From the NCBI GenBank assembly GCA_024399115.1, contig JAKSHZ010000006.1, forward strand, positions 8,314 to 72,313: DNA of 64,000 nucleotides, given 5' to 3'. The notes under the pieces are model-generated. The model was not told the DNA's origin and did no database searches. It saw only the letters and a list, made by a program, of their open reading frames with translations. Each line of letters starts with the position of its first letter. The stretch's first letter is position 1. The translations under genes and the position numbers were made by a program. Shown here in pieces: positions 18,816 through 27,980 of the stretch. The stretch comes from Bacilli bacterium. Lineage in GTDB: Bacteria; Bacillota_I; Bacilli_A; RFN20; CAG-826.

Positions 18816-19386
18816 TTTTAAAAACGCTAACTTTGTTAAATCTGCATCAAAACAGTCAGAAAGACCTGATGGTGGACTTCCTGAAATTTTGGTAGTAGGT
18901 AAAAGTAACGTTGGAAAATCTACTTTAATCAACTCGCTTTCTTCAAGAAAAAGTCTTGCGTTTACCTCATCAAAACCAGGACACACTAAATTACTTAATT
19001 ATTTTAATATAGATAATAAGTTCTACTTAGTAGATGCACCTGGATATGGATATGCAAAAGGCGGAGTTGATTTAGATGCTTTATTTGGTGAGATGATGGA
19101 AGATTATTTCACAGATAACTCATTATTAAAAGCAGTACTCATTTTGCTCGATTCTAGACGCGAAATCGACGAATCTGATAAAGAATTAATCGATTTCGTA
19201 ATAGAAACTGATATTCCTTATTACTTTGTAATTACTAAGGCTGATAAGGTAAATCAAAGTGGAAAAGCCGCTTTGCTTAAAAGAATTAAACAAGCAAACT
19301 TCTCAACTGAACGAGTTTTATATACTTCAAAGCTCGAACCAAGAAGTTTAGACAAGCTTAGACAAGTTATTGAAAAAATAGTTTAA
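18808..19386 (+). CDS. engB: Ribosome-biogenesis GTPase EngB/YsxC
   Basis: G1 GKSNVGKSTLIN, G3 DAPGYG, G4 TKADK. Overlaps the lon stop by 8 nt. Same lon-ysxC order as in Bacillus. Confidence 0.9.
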   Translation: MINFKNANFVKSASKQSERPDGGLPEILVVGKSNVGKSTLINSLSSRKSLAFTSSKPGHTKLLNYFNIDNKFYLVDAPGYGYAKGGVDLDALFGEMMEDYFTDNSLLKAVLILLDSRREIDESDKELIDFVIETDIPYYFVITKADKVNQSGKAALLKRIKQANFSTERVLYTSKLEPRSLDKLRQVIEKIV

Positions 19387-19399
19387 TCTTGTATAATTT

Positions 19400-19604
19400 A
19401 TATCGATTCCGATGAAAAAGAGGAGTAATTAAGAATATTTCTCATAGAGAGCTGGGGATGGTGGAAGCCTGGTAGAGATACTTAATGAAGGTCGCTTTGG
19501 AGGAATAGTTACCTAAACTAAATTAGGAAGATTAAGTGCGGAGAAATCCGAACTAAGGTGGTACCACGTTAATAGCGTCCTTAGAAATAAGGGCGTTTTT
19601 ATTT
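19400..19604 (+). promoter_or_regulatory. T-box riboswitch leader (valine-specific) with terminator/antiterminator
   Basis: Extended -10 TGTATAAT at 19390-19397. Stem-I elements (AGAGAG, GGTGGAA). Candidate specifier GUC followed by a purine at 19491-19494. T-box sequence AACTAAGGTGGTACCACG (19551-19568). Terminator CGTCCTTA-gaaa-TAAGGGCG plus T5 (19576-19600), directly upstream of valS. Confidence 0.85.
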
Positions 19605-19619
19605 TAGGAGGAAAAATCT

Positions 19620-22208
19620 ATGTTAGAAAAACGTTATGATCCTCATCAAGTTGAAGAGGGAAAATACGAAAATTGGAAATCTAAAGGTTATTTTACTGCT
19701 GGTGATAAGAGTAAGATTCCTTTTACTATTGTAATTCCTCCACCAAACGTTACAGGTAAATTACATATCGGACACGCTTGGGATACAACAATCCAAGACA
19801 TTATCGCTCGTTATAAGAGATTACAAGGTTTTGATATGTTATATCTCCCTGGTATGGATCATGCTGGAATTGCAACTCAAGCAAAAGTTATGCAAAAGTT
19901 AGTTAATAACGGCATTGATGTAACAAAAATCTCAAGAGAAGAATTCTTAAAATGGGCTTGGGCTTGGAAAGCTGAATACGCAGATAACATCCATAAACAA
20001 TGGGCTAAGATGGGTATTTCATTAGACTACACAAGAGAAAGATTTACTCTTGATGAAGGTTTAAACTACGCTGTTAGAACCGTTTTCGTTAACCTATATA
20101 ATAAAGGATTAATATACCAAGGCGAACGTATTATCAACTGGGACCCAGTCCAACAAACTGCTCTTAGTAACGTCGAAGTTATTCACCAAGATGACCCAGG
20201 ACAAATGTTCTATTTCAAGTATCCAATCGTTGGAGAAGATGATAGCTTAATCGTTGCAACAACTCGTCCAGAAACAATGTTCGGTGACGTCTGTGTTGTT
20301 ATCAACCCTAATGATGAAAACTTAAAACAATACATCGGAAAGAAGGTTATAAATCCAGCTAATGGTGATGAGATTCCAGTCATCGGTGATGAATACGTTG
20401 AAATTGGCTTCGGAACTGGCGCTATGAAATGTACTCCAGCTCACGATCCAAACGACTTTATCATCGGTAAGAAGTATGGTTTCGACATGCCAATTATCTT
20501 TAATAAAGACGCTACAATGAATGAAAAATGTGGCAAATATTGTGGTTTAGACCGCTTTGAATGTAGAAAACAACTCGTTGAAGACATCAAAGCAGCAGGC
20601 AACTTTGTTAAGACAGAAGACATCGTTCACCCTGTTGGACATAGTGAAAGAAATAACTGTGTTGTCGAACCTATGTTAAGTAAGCAATGGTTCGTTAAAA
20701 TGCGTCCTTTAGCTGAGCAAGCATTAGCTAATCAAGATAGCGAAATGAAGGTTAATTTCGTTCCTGAAAGATTTGAAAAAGTTTTCACTTCTTGGATGGA
20801 AAATGTTGAAGACTGGTGTGTCTCTCGTCAACTCTGGTGGGGACATAGAATTCCAGCTTATTACAACAAACATACAGGTGAAGTTAAAGTCTTAATGGAC
20901 CCACCTGAAGATATGGAAAACTGGGAACAAGAAAGTGACGTTCTTGATACTTGGTTCTCAAGTGCTCTTTGGCCTTTCTCAACATTAGGTTGGCCAAATA
21001 ATACAGAAGATTTAGAAAGATATTTCCCAACAGACTGCTTAGTCACTGGCTACGACATCATCTTCTTCTGGGTTTCAAGAATGATTTTCCAATCTCTTGA
21101 AATGACAAAGCAAAGACCATTTAAAAACGTTGTTATTCATGGCCTTGTCCGTGATGAATTAGGCAGAAAAATGTCAAAATCTCTCGGAAATGGTGTTGAT
21201 CCAATGGATGTTATTGAACAATATGGTGCAGATGCACTCAGATATTTCTTAACAACTAATTCAACTCCAGGACAAGATATGAGATATATCGAAGAAAAAG
21301 TCCAAGCTGCAAGTAACTATATTAATAAGATTTGGAATAGTGCACGTTACGTTCTTTCAATCTTACCTGAAGATTTCGCTCCAGAAGCTTTATCTAACGA
21401 AAAATTCTCTCCATTAGACCAATGGATCATCAACCGTTTAGAAGAAACAATCAAAAACGTTACTGCTAACATGGATAAATATGATTTCAACGCTGCTAGT
21501 GGACATTTATATAATTTCGTCTATGACGATTTCTGTGGACAATACCTCGAAATGAGTAAGGTTGCGTTAAGTAGTGATGATGAACAAGTTAAATCAACAA
21601 CTTATCAAGTTCTCTACTTTGTCTTAAAGAACATTATTCTCTTAATCTATCCATACACTCCATTCGTTGCTGAAGAATTATACTTAAATATCCCAGCACA
21701 CGAAGAAAGTGTCATGTTAGAAACTTACCCAACTTACAATAAGTCAATCATTAATGATTCAACTGAAAATCAAGTTAATCTCTTATTCAATATGATTAAA
21801 GATGTAAGAAACTACAAGATTGAGAATAAATTAGCTCCAAACGCTAAACTTGAACTCAAGATTGTTCTTAAATCTAGTGTATTTGATGGTTTCTTAACTT
21901 ATTTAAAGAGATTTACATTCTCGGATGTAGAAATTGTTGACGCTTTAGAAAACTCTGGCGATATCAGCGTTTATGACATTGGTAGCATGTTAATTAAAAA
22001 CGAAGCAGGCAAGGAAGACTTGATGAAAAAACTTGCAAAAGATATCGAAACTATCAAGTCAGAGATCTTCCGTTGTGAAAAAATGTTAGGTAACCCTGGA
22101 TTCGTCCAAAAAGCACCTGCAGAGAAGATCGCTCTTGAAAAGAGCAAGTTAGAACAACACAAGAAAAATCTTGCTGAACTTGAAGCAAAATTATCTGCTT
22201 TAAAATAA
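19620..22208 (+). CDS. valS: Valine--tRNA ligase
   Basis: Class I motifs PPPNVTGKLHIGHA (HIGH) and KMSKSLGN (KMSKS), editing domain, C-terminal coiled coil. Confidence 0.97.
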   Translation: MLEKRYDPHQVEEGKYENWKSKGYFTAGDKSKIPFTIVIPPPNVTGKLHIGHAWDTTIQDIIARYKRLQGFDMLYLPGMDHAGIATQAKVMQKLVNNGIDVTKISREEFLKWAWAWKAEYADNIHKQWAKMGISLDYTRERFTLDEGLNYAVRTVFVNLYNKGLIYQGERIINWDPVQQTALSNVEVIHQDDPGQMFYFKYPIVGEDDSLIVATTRPETMFGDVCVVINPNDENLKQYIGKKVINPANGDEIPVIGDEYVEIGFGTGAMKCTPAHDPNDFIIGKKYGFDMPIIFNKDATMNEKCGKYCGLDRFECRKQLVEDIKAAGNFVKTEDIVHPVGHSERNNCVVEPMLSKQWFVKMRPLAEQALANQDSEMKVNFVPERFEKVFTSWMENVEDWCVSRQLWWGHRIPAYYNKHTGEVKVLMDPPEDMENWEQESDVLDTWFSSALWPFSTLGWPNNTEDLERYFPTDCLVTGYDIIFFWVSRMIFQSLEMTKQRPFKNVVIHGLVRDELGRKMSKSLGNGVDPMDVIEQYGADALRYFLTTNSTPGQDMRYIEEKVQAASNYINKIWNSARYVLSILPEDFAPEALSNEKFSPLDQWIINRLEETIKNVTANMDKYDFNAASGHLYNFVYDDFCGQYLEMSKVALSSDDEQVKSTTYQVLYFVLKNIILLIYPYTPFVAEELYLNIPAHEESVMLETYPTYNKSIINDSTENQVNLLFNMIKDVRNYKIENKLAPNAKLELKIVLKSSVFDGFLTYLKRFTFSDVEIVDALENSGDISVYDIGSMLIKNEAGKEDLMKKLAKDIETIKSEIFRCEKMLGNPGFVQKAPAEKIALEKSKLEQHKKNLAELEAKLSALK

Positions 22209-22274
22209 AAATTTTCAGAAATTTTGTAAAAAATTCAAAAAATGCCCCCTTATTAATAGTAAGGAGGTTTTTTT

Positions 22275-22457
22275 ATGACTTATAGAGAATTAAGCCTTGA
22301 AGAGTGTATGAATATCACTCCAGGCGAAGCTATTACCATCGCGAGTATCATGGCGATGATTTTAGCTGCAGTAATGGCGGTAGTTGTTTATCGTCTTTAT
22401 CGTGCTTCCAAAGGTACAGTCACCATCCCAGGTGGATGGAAATTTGACTGGAAGTAG
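22275..22457 (+). CDS. Small single-TM membrane protein (60 aa), unknown function
   Basis: Strong SD AAGGAGG 8 nt upstream. One helix (ITIASIMAMILAAVMAVVVY) and the basic/aromatic tail RLYRASKGTVTIPGGWKFDWK. Confidence 0.65.
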   Translation: MTYRELSLEECMNITPGEAITIASIMAMILAAVMAVVVYRLYRASKGTVTIPGGWKFDWK

Positions 22458-22466
22458 GTAAGTATT

Positions 22467-23150
22467 ATGCATAAGAAGTGCGAAATTCCAGATATTGATA
22501 TTCCAAACAAAAAGGCGATTAGATTCGGTATATCTACTCTTAATGATGCCGAACTTTTAGCAATCCTTCTTGGAGTGGGAAGCAAGGATTTAGAAGGATT
22601 GCGACTTGCTAATAATCTTCTTGCGGATTCTTTAACTATGTTTAATTTAGCAAGTAAACCTTATCAATACTTCATGCAGTTTAAAGGAATTTCTAAAAAA
22701 AAGGCTCTAAAATTATGCGCATGTTTTGAAATAGCAAGTAGATATGCACGTAGAAAACACATAATTTTAGAGTCGACTTATGCGATCGATTCAGAGTTTT
22801 TATATGAGCGTTACTATAGCAAAATGGCTAACTTGGATAAGGAGATTTTTGTCTTGGTGGTCTTGAACAAAAATCGAAAAATTATTCACGAGAAAACGCT
22901 ATATAAAGGCACATCTGTTGGCTTAAGTCTATCTCCTGTGGAGATATGTCGTGCAATTATGTTGGAAAAAGGCTATTATTTCTATGTGATTCATAATCAC
23001 CCAAACGATTCCCTTTTTCCAAGCGAAAACGACTTAATTTTTACAGATGAATTATTAAGAGTTTCCAAAAAATTCGGGTTTATTTTATTAGATCACTTGA
23101 TTATCGGACAAAGTGGATATTATTCTTTACTGAATAAAAAAGAAAAATAA
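22467..23150 (+). CDS. radC: RadC-family JAB/MPN domain protein
   Basis: N-terminal HhH-like AELLAILLGVGSKD. JAMM motif HNHPNDSLFPSENDL. Confidence 0.85.
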   Translation: MHKKCEIPDIDIPNKKAIRFGISTLNDAELLAILLGVGSKDLEGLRLANNLLADSLTMFNLASKPYQYFMQFKGISKKKALKLCACFEIASRYARRKHIILESTYAIDSEFLYERYYSKMANLDKEIFVLVVLNKNRKIIHEKTLYKGTSVGLSLSPVEICRAIMLEKGYYFYVIHNHPNDSLFPSENDLIFTDELLRVSKKFGFILLDHLIIGQSGYYSLLNKKEK

Positions 23151-23152
23151 GT

Positions 23153-23181
23153 TTGCACCATAATATTATCTATGATATATT
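23153..23181 (+). promoter_or_regulatory. Candidate promoter for the rplU-prp-rpmA operon
   Basis: TTGCAC (23153-23158), 17-nt spacer ending in TGa, TATATT (23176-23181). This leaves a leader of about 100 nt before rplU, possibly an L21-leader-type autoregulatory RNA. Confidence 0.5.
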
Positions 23182-23284
23182 ACTAACGTTGTTGCCTCAC
23201 TAGCTACAACCGCATAGAAAAGGTTTTCAAAGATTTATCTACCTTCATAGCGAGTACTTAGTGAAGAAAAGAAGGAGGCTAATT

Positions 23285-23593
23285 ATGTACGCAATTATTG
23301 AAACAGGCGGAAAACAACTTCGTGTTGAAGTAGGCGAAAAAATCTACGTTGAAAAGATCGAAGCTGAAGTTGGTTCAACAGTAACAATCGACAAAGTTTT
23401 ATTTGTTGGTGGCGCTTCTGCAAAAGTTGGTAAACCATATGTTGATGGTGCAACTGTTACAGCTAAAGTTGAAAAACAAGGTAAAGAAAAGAAAATCCGC
23501 GTCTTCAAATACAAAGCAAAGGCTAACGAACACAAAACTATTGGTCATCGTCAACCATACACTTGCTTAGTTATCGAAGCTATTAACGGTTAA
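23285..23593 (+). CDS. rplU: 50S ribosomal protein L21
   Basis: [17 protein letters not shown].. is the canonical L21 N-terminus. AAGGAGG SD 7 nt upstream of the ATG at 23285. The ORF-track start at 23261 is a GTG that would run through the SD. Confidence 0.95.
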   Translation: MYAIIETGGKQLRVEVGEKIYVEKIEAEVGSTVTIDKVLFVGGASAKVGKPYVDGATVTAKVEKQGKEKKIRVFKYKAKANEHKTIGHRQPYTCLVIEAING

Positions 23594-23597
23594 TCAA

Positions 23598-23927
23598 ATG
23601 ATTAAAATCAAAATCTGTTACATAAATAAGGAATTCAAATCTATTGAAGTTAAAGGTCATGCAAATGCTGGTCCTTATGGTCAAGACATTGTATGTTCTG
23701 GTGTTAGCGCTGTCGTATTTGGTGGCTTAGCTAATATTAACGATGAAGAGAATTACTCTTATGAAATGGATGAGGAAAAAGGATATTTCTATATCGAAAG
23801 TAAGGGTAGCAATTCTGAACACGATAAAGTGGTATTAGAAACTATCATTAAATCGGTAAAAAAGATTGAAAGTGAGTATCCTAAAAACGTTCACATCGAT
23901 GAACAAGAAATGAAAGGAAACAATTAA
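23598..23927 (+). CDS. prp: Ribosomal-processing cysteine protease Prp (YsxB family)
   Basis: [21 protein letters not shown] contains the His/Cys dyad context of Prp. Located between rplU and rpmA. Confidence 0.85.
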   Translation: MIKIKICYINKEFKSIEVKGHANAGPYGQDIVCSGVSAVVFGGLANINDEENYSYEMDEEKGYFYIESKGSNSEHDKVVLETIIKSVKKIESEYPKNVHIDEQEMKGNN

Positions 23928-23928
23928 T

Positions 23929-24210
23929 ATGAATTTTAAATTAAATTTACAATTCTTTGCTTCTAAAAAGGGTGTTGGTTCCACAAAGAACGGCCGTGAT
24001 TCAGCTGGTCGTAGATTAGGTGCTAAAGTCGCTGATGGTCAATGGTGCCATGCAGGTAGCATTATCTATCGTCAAAGAGGTACTAGAATCTATCCAGGTG
24101 CTAATACTAAAAAAGGAAAAGATGATACTATTTTCGCTTTAGTAAACGGTATTGTTAAATATACTCGTGAAGGCAAAGACAAAACAGTAGTAACTGTTGT
24201 TGCAAAGTAA
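23929..24210 (+). CDS. rpmA: 50S ribosomal protein L27 (with cleavable N-terminal extension)
   Basis: [25 protein letters not shown].. has the Firmicutes-type propeptide and Prp cleavage context, followed by the conserved L27 core. Confidence 0.95.
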   Translation: MNFKLNLQFFASKKGVGSTKNGRDSAGRRLGAKVADGQWCHAGSIIYRQRGTRIYPGANTKKGKDDTIFALVNGIVKYTREGKDKTVVTVVAK

Positions 24211-24232
24211 GTCTTAAGCAAACAAAGATTAT

Positions 24233-24267
24233 AAAGACCACAATTAATTTTGTGGTCTTTTATTTTT
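24233..24267 (+). terminator. Rho-independent terminator
   Basis: Perfect 10-bp stem AAAGACCACA/TGTGGTCTTT with an 8-nt loop, followed by TATTTTT. Confidence 0.85.
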
Positions 24268-24297
24268 CATTATATTATAATAATGACCGGAGAAAAT

Positions 24298-25584
24298 ATG
24301 CCTACATTTATTGATCGTGCTGTTATTGAAGTCAGAAGTGGAAAAGGTGGCGATGGTGCCATTGCTTTTAGACGTGAAAAATTCGTAGCTAAAGGTGGTC
24401 CTGCTGGCGGTAACGGTGGTCGTGGTGGCTCTATCATTTTTAGAGCAAACTCTCACATTAATACATTATTTAATTTCCGTCATAGTAAAACATTCATCGC
24501 AAAAGATGGTGAAAACGGCGGAATTAAAAATCAATATGGACACGCAAGTGAAGATGTTATTGTTGATGTCCCACTTGGAACTGTCATTTTCGAAGAAAAA
24601 GACCATGTATTCTTAGGCGATTTAGTCGAAGAAGGTAAAACTATCTGCGTTGCTAAAGGCGGACGTGGAGGTCGTGGAAACACTTGTTTCAAGAGCTCAA
24701 CAAATAGAGTTCCAAGAATCGCTGAAAACGGTGAACCAGGTATTAGAAAAAGATTAATTCTTGAATTAAAGATGCTCGCTGATGTCGGTTTAGTTGGTTT
24801 CCCAAGCGTTGGAAAATCTACTTTATTATCAGTTGTCAGTGCTGCAAAACCTGAAATCGCTGATTATCCATTCACAACAATCGTCCCTAATTTAGGACTT
24901 GTTAGCGCAAAAGATGGCCGTAGTTTTGTTATGGCTGATTTACCAGGACTTATTGAAGGTGCTCACTTAGGAAAAGGCTTAGGCTTAACATTCTTAAGAC
25001 ACATCGAAAGATGTAGAGTTATTATCCACGTTATTGATATGTCTGAAAATGGACGTGATCCTTACGAAGATTACAAGGCAATTCTTAATGAATTAGATTG
25101 CTATGGATTCGGTTTAAATAAACGTCCAAGCATCTTAGTTGCTTCAAAAATGGATGAAGAAGGCGCTGCTGAAAGATTAGCTGAATTCAAAAAGAAAGTT
25201 GATCAAGAAATTATTCCAATTTCAGCAATTAGCGAAGAAAATATCGACTTATTAATCTATAAAACTGCAGATTTAATTGAAAAAACTCCATTATTCCCAC
25301 TTTATAGTGAAAACGAAGAAGAAGTTCTCGACCATAAAACATACAAACTCGAAGATGAAGAAGAATACTTCTACATTAAACGTATTGATGCTCATACTTG
25401 GCAAATCTTGGGTGACAAGATGATTAAGTTCTACAAGATGACTAACATTACTACTGATGAAGGTATGATGGTCTTAATGAGCAAGATTAGAAAACTTAGA
25501 ATTGATGATAAATTAGAAGAACTTGGCGCTGAAGATGGCGACACAGTTATTCTTGATGACTTCTCATTTGAATACGTGAGGTAA
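24298..25584 (+). CDS. obg: GTPase Obg/CgtA
   Basis: MPTFIDRAVIEVRSGKGGDG Obg fold with Gly-rich repeats. G1 GFPSVGKST, G3 DLPGLI. C-terminal OCT domain. The ORF-track start at 24250 is a TTG inside the terminator. Confidence 0.95.
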   Translation: MPTFIDRAVIEVRSGKGGDGAIAFRREKFVAKGGPAGGNGGRGGSIIFRANSHINTLFNFRHSKTFIAKDGENGGIKNQYGHASEDVIVDVPLGTVIFEEKDHVFLGDLVEEGKTICVAKGGRGGRGNTCFKSSTNRVPRIAENGEPGIRKRLILELKMLADVGLVGFPSVGKSTLLSVVSAAKPEIADYPFTTIVPNLGLVSAKDGRSFVMADLPGLIEGAHLGKGLGLTFLRHIERCRVIIHVIDMSENGRDPYEDYKAILNELDCYGFGLNKRPSILVASKMDEEGAAERLAEFKKKVDQEIIPISAISEENIDLLIYKTADLIEKTPLFPLYSENEEEVLDHKTYKLEDEEEYFYIKRIDAHTWQILGDKMIKFYKMTNITTDEGMMVLMSKIRKLRIDDKLEELGAEDGDTVILDDFSFEYVR

Positions 25585-25589
25585 TTATT

Positions 25590-26330
25590 ATGACTTTAGA
25601 ACAATACATTGATGAAATCGTTTCTTTCTTAAAAGGATATATTTCAGATAAACCATTCATTAAAGGTTACGTCCTCGGCGTTAGCGGTGGCGTTGACTCT
25701 TCTTTAGCAGCTGTTTTAGTTAAAAAAGCAGTCGGTAAAGAAAATATGATGGGAATTTTAATGCCTATTGATTCTAATATTAAGGATTTAGAAGACGGAA
25801 TCGAACTTTGTAAATCAATGGACGTTCCTTATAAAGTAGTAGACGCTACTGAAACTTTTAAATTATTTAAATCTACAATTGAAACAGCTAGTGGTGAACT
25901 CGATCGTTCAACATTAGGAAACTTAAAAGCAAGAATGAGAATGTCAGTTCTCTATGCATACGCACAAAAACATGGTTATTTAGTTGTTGGAACTGATAAC
26001 GCTGATGAAAAATATACAGGATACTTCACAAAATATGGTGATGGTGCTGCAGATATTTTACCAATCGCGCATCTCCTTAAAGGCGAAGTTGTTAAAGCAT
26101 GTAAAATCCTTGGTGTTCCAACAAAATTAGCAGAAAGAGTCCCAACTGCAGGACTTTTCGAAGGCCAAACTGACGAAACTGAAATGGGAGTTACTTACGC
26201 AGAACTCGACGCATACCTTTTAGGTAAAGAAGTAAGCGAAGATGCAAAAGCAAAAATTGAAAGACTTCACAAAGTCAGTGAACACAAAAGAATCCCAATT
26301 CCTACTCCAAAAGAATTTGATAGAGACTAG
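25590..26330 (+). CDS. nadE: NH3-dependent NAD+ synthetase
   Basis: PP-loop SGGVDSS. About 246 aa, single-domain NadE. YFTKYGDG block. Confidence 0.9.
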   Translation: MTLEQYIDEIVSFLKGYISDKPFIKGYVLGVSGGVDSSLAAVLVKKAVGKENMMGILMPIDSNIKDLEDGIELCKSMDVPYKVVDATETFKLFKSTIETASGELDRSTLGNLKARMRMSVLYAYAQKHGYLVVGTDNADEKYTGYFTKYGDGAADILPIAHLLKGEVVKACKILGVPTKLAERVPTAGLFEGQTDETEMGVTYAELDAYLLGKEVSEDAKAKIERLHKVSEHKRIPIPTPKEFDRD

Positions 26331-26332
26331 AA

Positions 26333-26425
26333 ATGAACAAAAAATACACAAACGTAATTATTGGTTTAGCTACTGGTCTACTAACTATTCTACTTATTAT
26401 CTTATTTATAATAATTAATAATTAG
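26333..26425 (+). CDS. Unannotated 30-aa single-TM micro-protein (MNKKYTNVIIGLATGLLTILLIILFIIINN)
   Basis: The ATG is 2 nt after the nadE stop. Its stop TAG lies inside the ruvA SD (TAGGAGG). Basic N-terminus plus one hydrophobic helix. Below the ORF-track cut-off. Confidence 0.35.
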   Translation: MNKKYTNVIIGLATGLLTILLIILFIIINN

Positions 26426-26433
26426 GAGGAATT

Positions 26434-26988
26434 ATGATCAGTTTTTTGAAAGGTAGAGTAGATTCTACCACAAAAGAAACTGTAGTAATCGACGTAAATA
26501 ACATAGGCTACTCGGTCTATGTCTCAAAACCATCTTCGTTTAATATCGGAGATGAAATAAAACTTCTTACATATAATATTCAAAAACAAGAAGATAGCTA
26601 TCTTGTTGGTTTTCTAACCCCTGAAGAAAGAAACTTATTTTTAACATTGATTAAAATTCAAGGCATAGGAGCGAAAACTGCTTTGGCTATGCTTTCAGTT
26701 GGTACTCCTCAACAACTTATCTACGCGATCAATCATGAAGATATCAAATATTTAAAGTCGCTACCTTTGGTAGGATATAAGACTGCTAGACAAATTATTC
26801 TTGAATTAAAAGGGTATTTTGTTGGACCTGAGGAAGAAGAACCAGATGATGTAAACGATGTAAGAAGTGCGTTAATCGGTCTAGGTTTTAGACCAAATTC
26901 CGTCGATTCTGCAATTAGAAAAATTTATATTGAAGGGCTAGAAAAGGATGAACTTTTAAAGCTAGCTCTTAAGGAGGTTAGAAGCTAA
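26434..26988 (+). CDS. ruvA: Holliday junction helicase subunit RuvA
   Basis: MISFLKGRV.. OB domain, HhH pair (IQGIGAKTALAML, LPLVGYKTARQIILEL), C-terminal domain III. Confidence 0.9.
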   Translation: MISFLKGRVDSTTKETVVIDVNNIGYSVYVSKPSSFNIGDEIKLLTYNIQKQEDSYLVGFLTPEERNLFLTLIKIQGIGAKTALAMLSVGTPQQLIYAINHEDIKYLKSLPLVGYKTARQIILELKGYFVGPEEEEPDDVNDVRSALIGLGFRPNSVDSAIRKIYIEGLEKDELLKLALKEVRS

Positions 26989-27980
26989 TGAAGAAGGTTT
27001 CTAGCCCAAAAGTAGTCGATAATGACTTATTTTTAAGACCGAAAACATTACAAGAATATATCGGTCAAGAAGAGTTAAAACGAAATCTAGGAATTTATAT
27101 TGGAGCAGCAAAATTCCGCTCCGAAACACTAGATCATGTTTTACTTTATGGTCCTCCTGGATTAGGTAAAACTACCTTAGCAAATATCATCGCAAACGAG
27201 ATGAATTCTAAATTAGTTTTAGCTAGTGGACCAAGTATTGAAAGACCAGGAGATTTAGCAGGAATTTTATCAGAATTAGAGGCAAATGATGTCCTATTTA
27301 TTGATGAAATTCATCGTCTTCCTCACTCAGTAGAGGAAGTGCTTTATAGTGCGATGGAAGACTTTAAACTTTCTATCCTGATTTCTAGAGAAAATTCATG
27401 TAAAACTATCACTTTAGAATTGCCTCCATTTACTATAGTTGGAGCAACCACTAAACCAGGTAGTTTATCCTCACCTTTACGTGCTAGATTTGGCATAGTA
27501 GAGAAGATTAACTTCTACAAAGTAGAAGAATTAGCAAAAATAGTGGAAAGAACCGCAAAATTTTACGGATTTTCTATCGATAAAAAATCCGCTATAGAAA
27601 TAGCAAAAAGAAGTAGGGGAACACCACGAATTGCGAACAGAATTTTTAGACGTGTTAGAGACTTCGCTCACTACCAAAATCTGAACAAAATAACCATCGA
27701 AAATACCCTTGAAGCATTCAAAAATATCGGTATAGATGACATAGGTTTAGACTCTGTAGATATTAAGTATCTTCAAACTTTAATTGTGAGGTTTAAAGGA
27801 GGCCCGGTTGGGCTTGAAACTCTGTCTAGTTATATAGGTGAAGAACCAGAAAATATTGAGCAAGTTTATGAGCCATATTTACTCAAACTTGGGATGATCG
27901 ATAAAACGATAAAAGGACGGGTTGCAACTAAGCGAGCAATCGAACACTTAAAATCTCTAAAAAATGCAGGACTTTTTTAA
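26988..27980 (+). CDS. ruvB: Holliday junction helicase RuvB
   Basis: LRPKTLQEYIGQ, GPPGLGKTTLA, FIDEIHRL, TTKPGSLSSPLRARFG, RGTPRIANR. ATGA overlap with ruvA. Confidence 0.95.
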   Translation: MKKVSSPKVVDNDLFLRPKTLQEYIGQEELKRNLGIYIGAAKFRSETLDHVLLYGPPGLGKTTLANIIANEMNSKLVLASGPSIERPGDLAGILSELEANDVLFIDEIHRLPHSVEEVLYSAMEDFKLSILISRENSCKTITLELPPFTIVGATTKPGSLSSPLRARFGIVEKINFYKVEELAKIVERTAKFYGFSIDKKSAIEIAKRSRGTPRIANRIFRRVRDFAHYQNLNKITIENTLEAFKNIGIDDIGLDSVDIKYLQTLIVRFKGGPVGLETLSSYIGEEPENIEQVYEPYLLKLGMIDKTIKGRVATKRAIEHLKSLKNAGLF

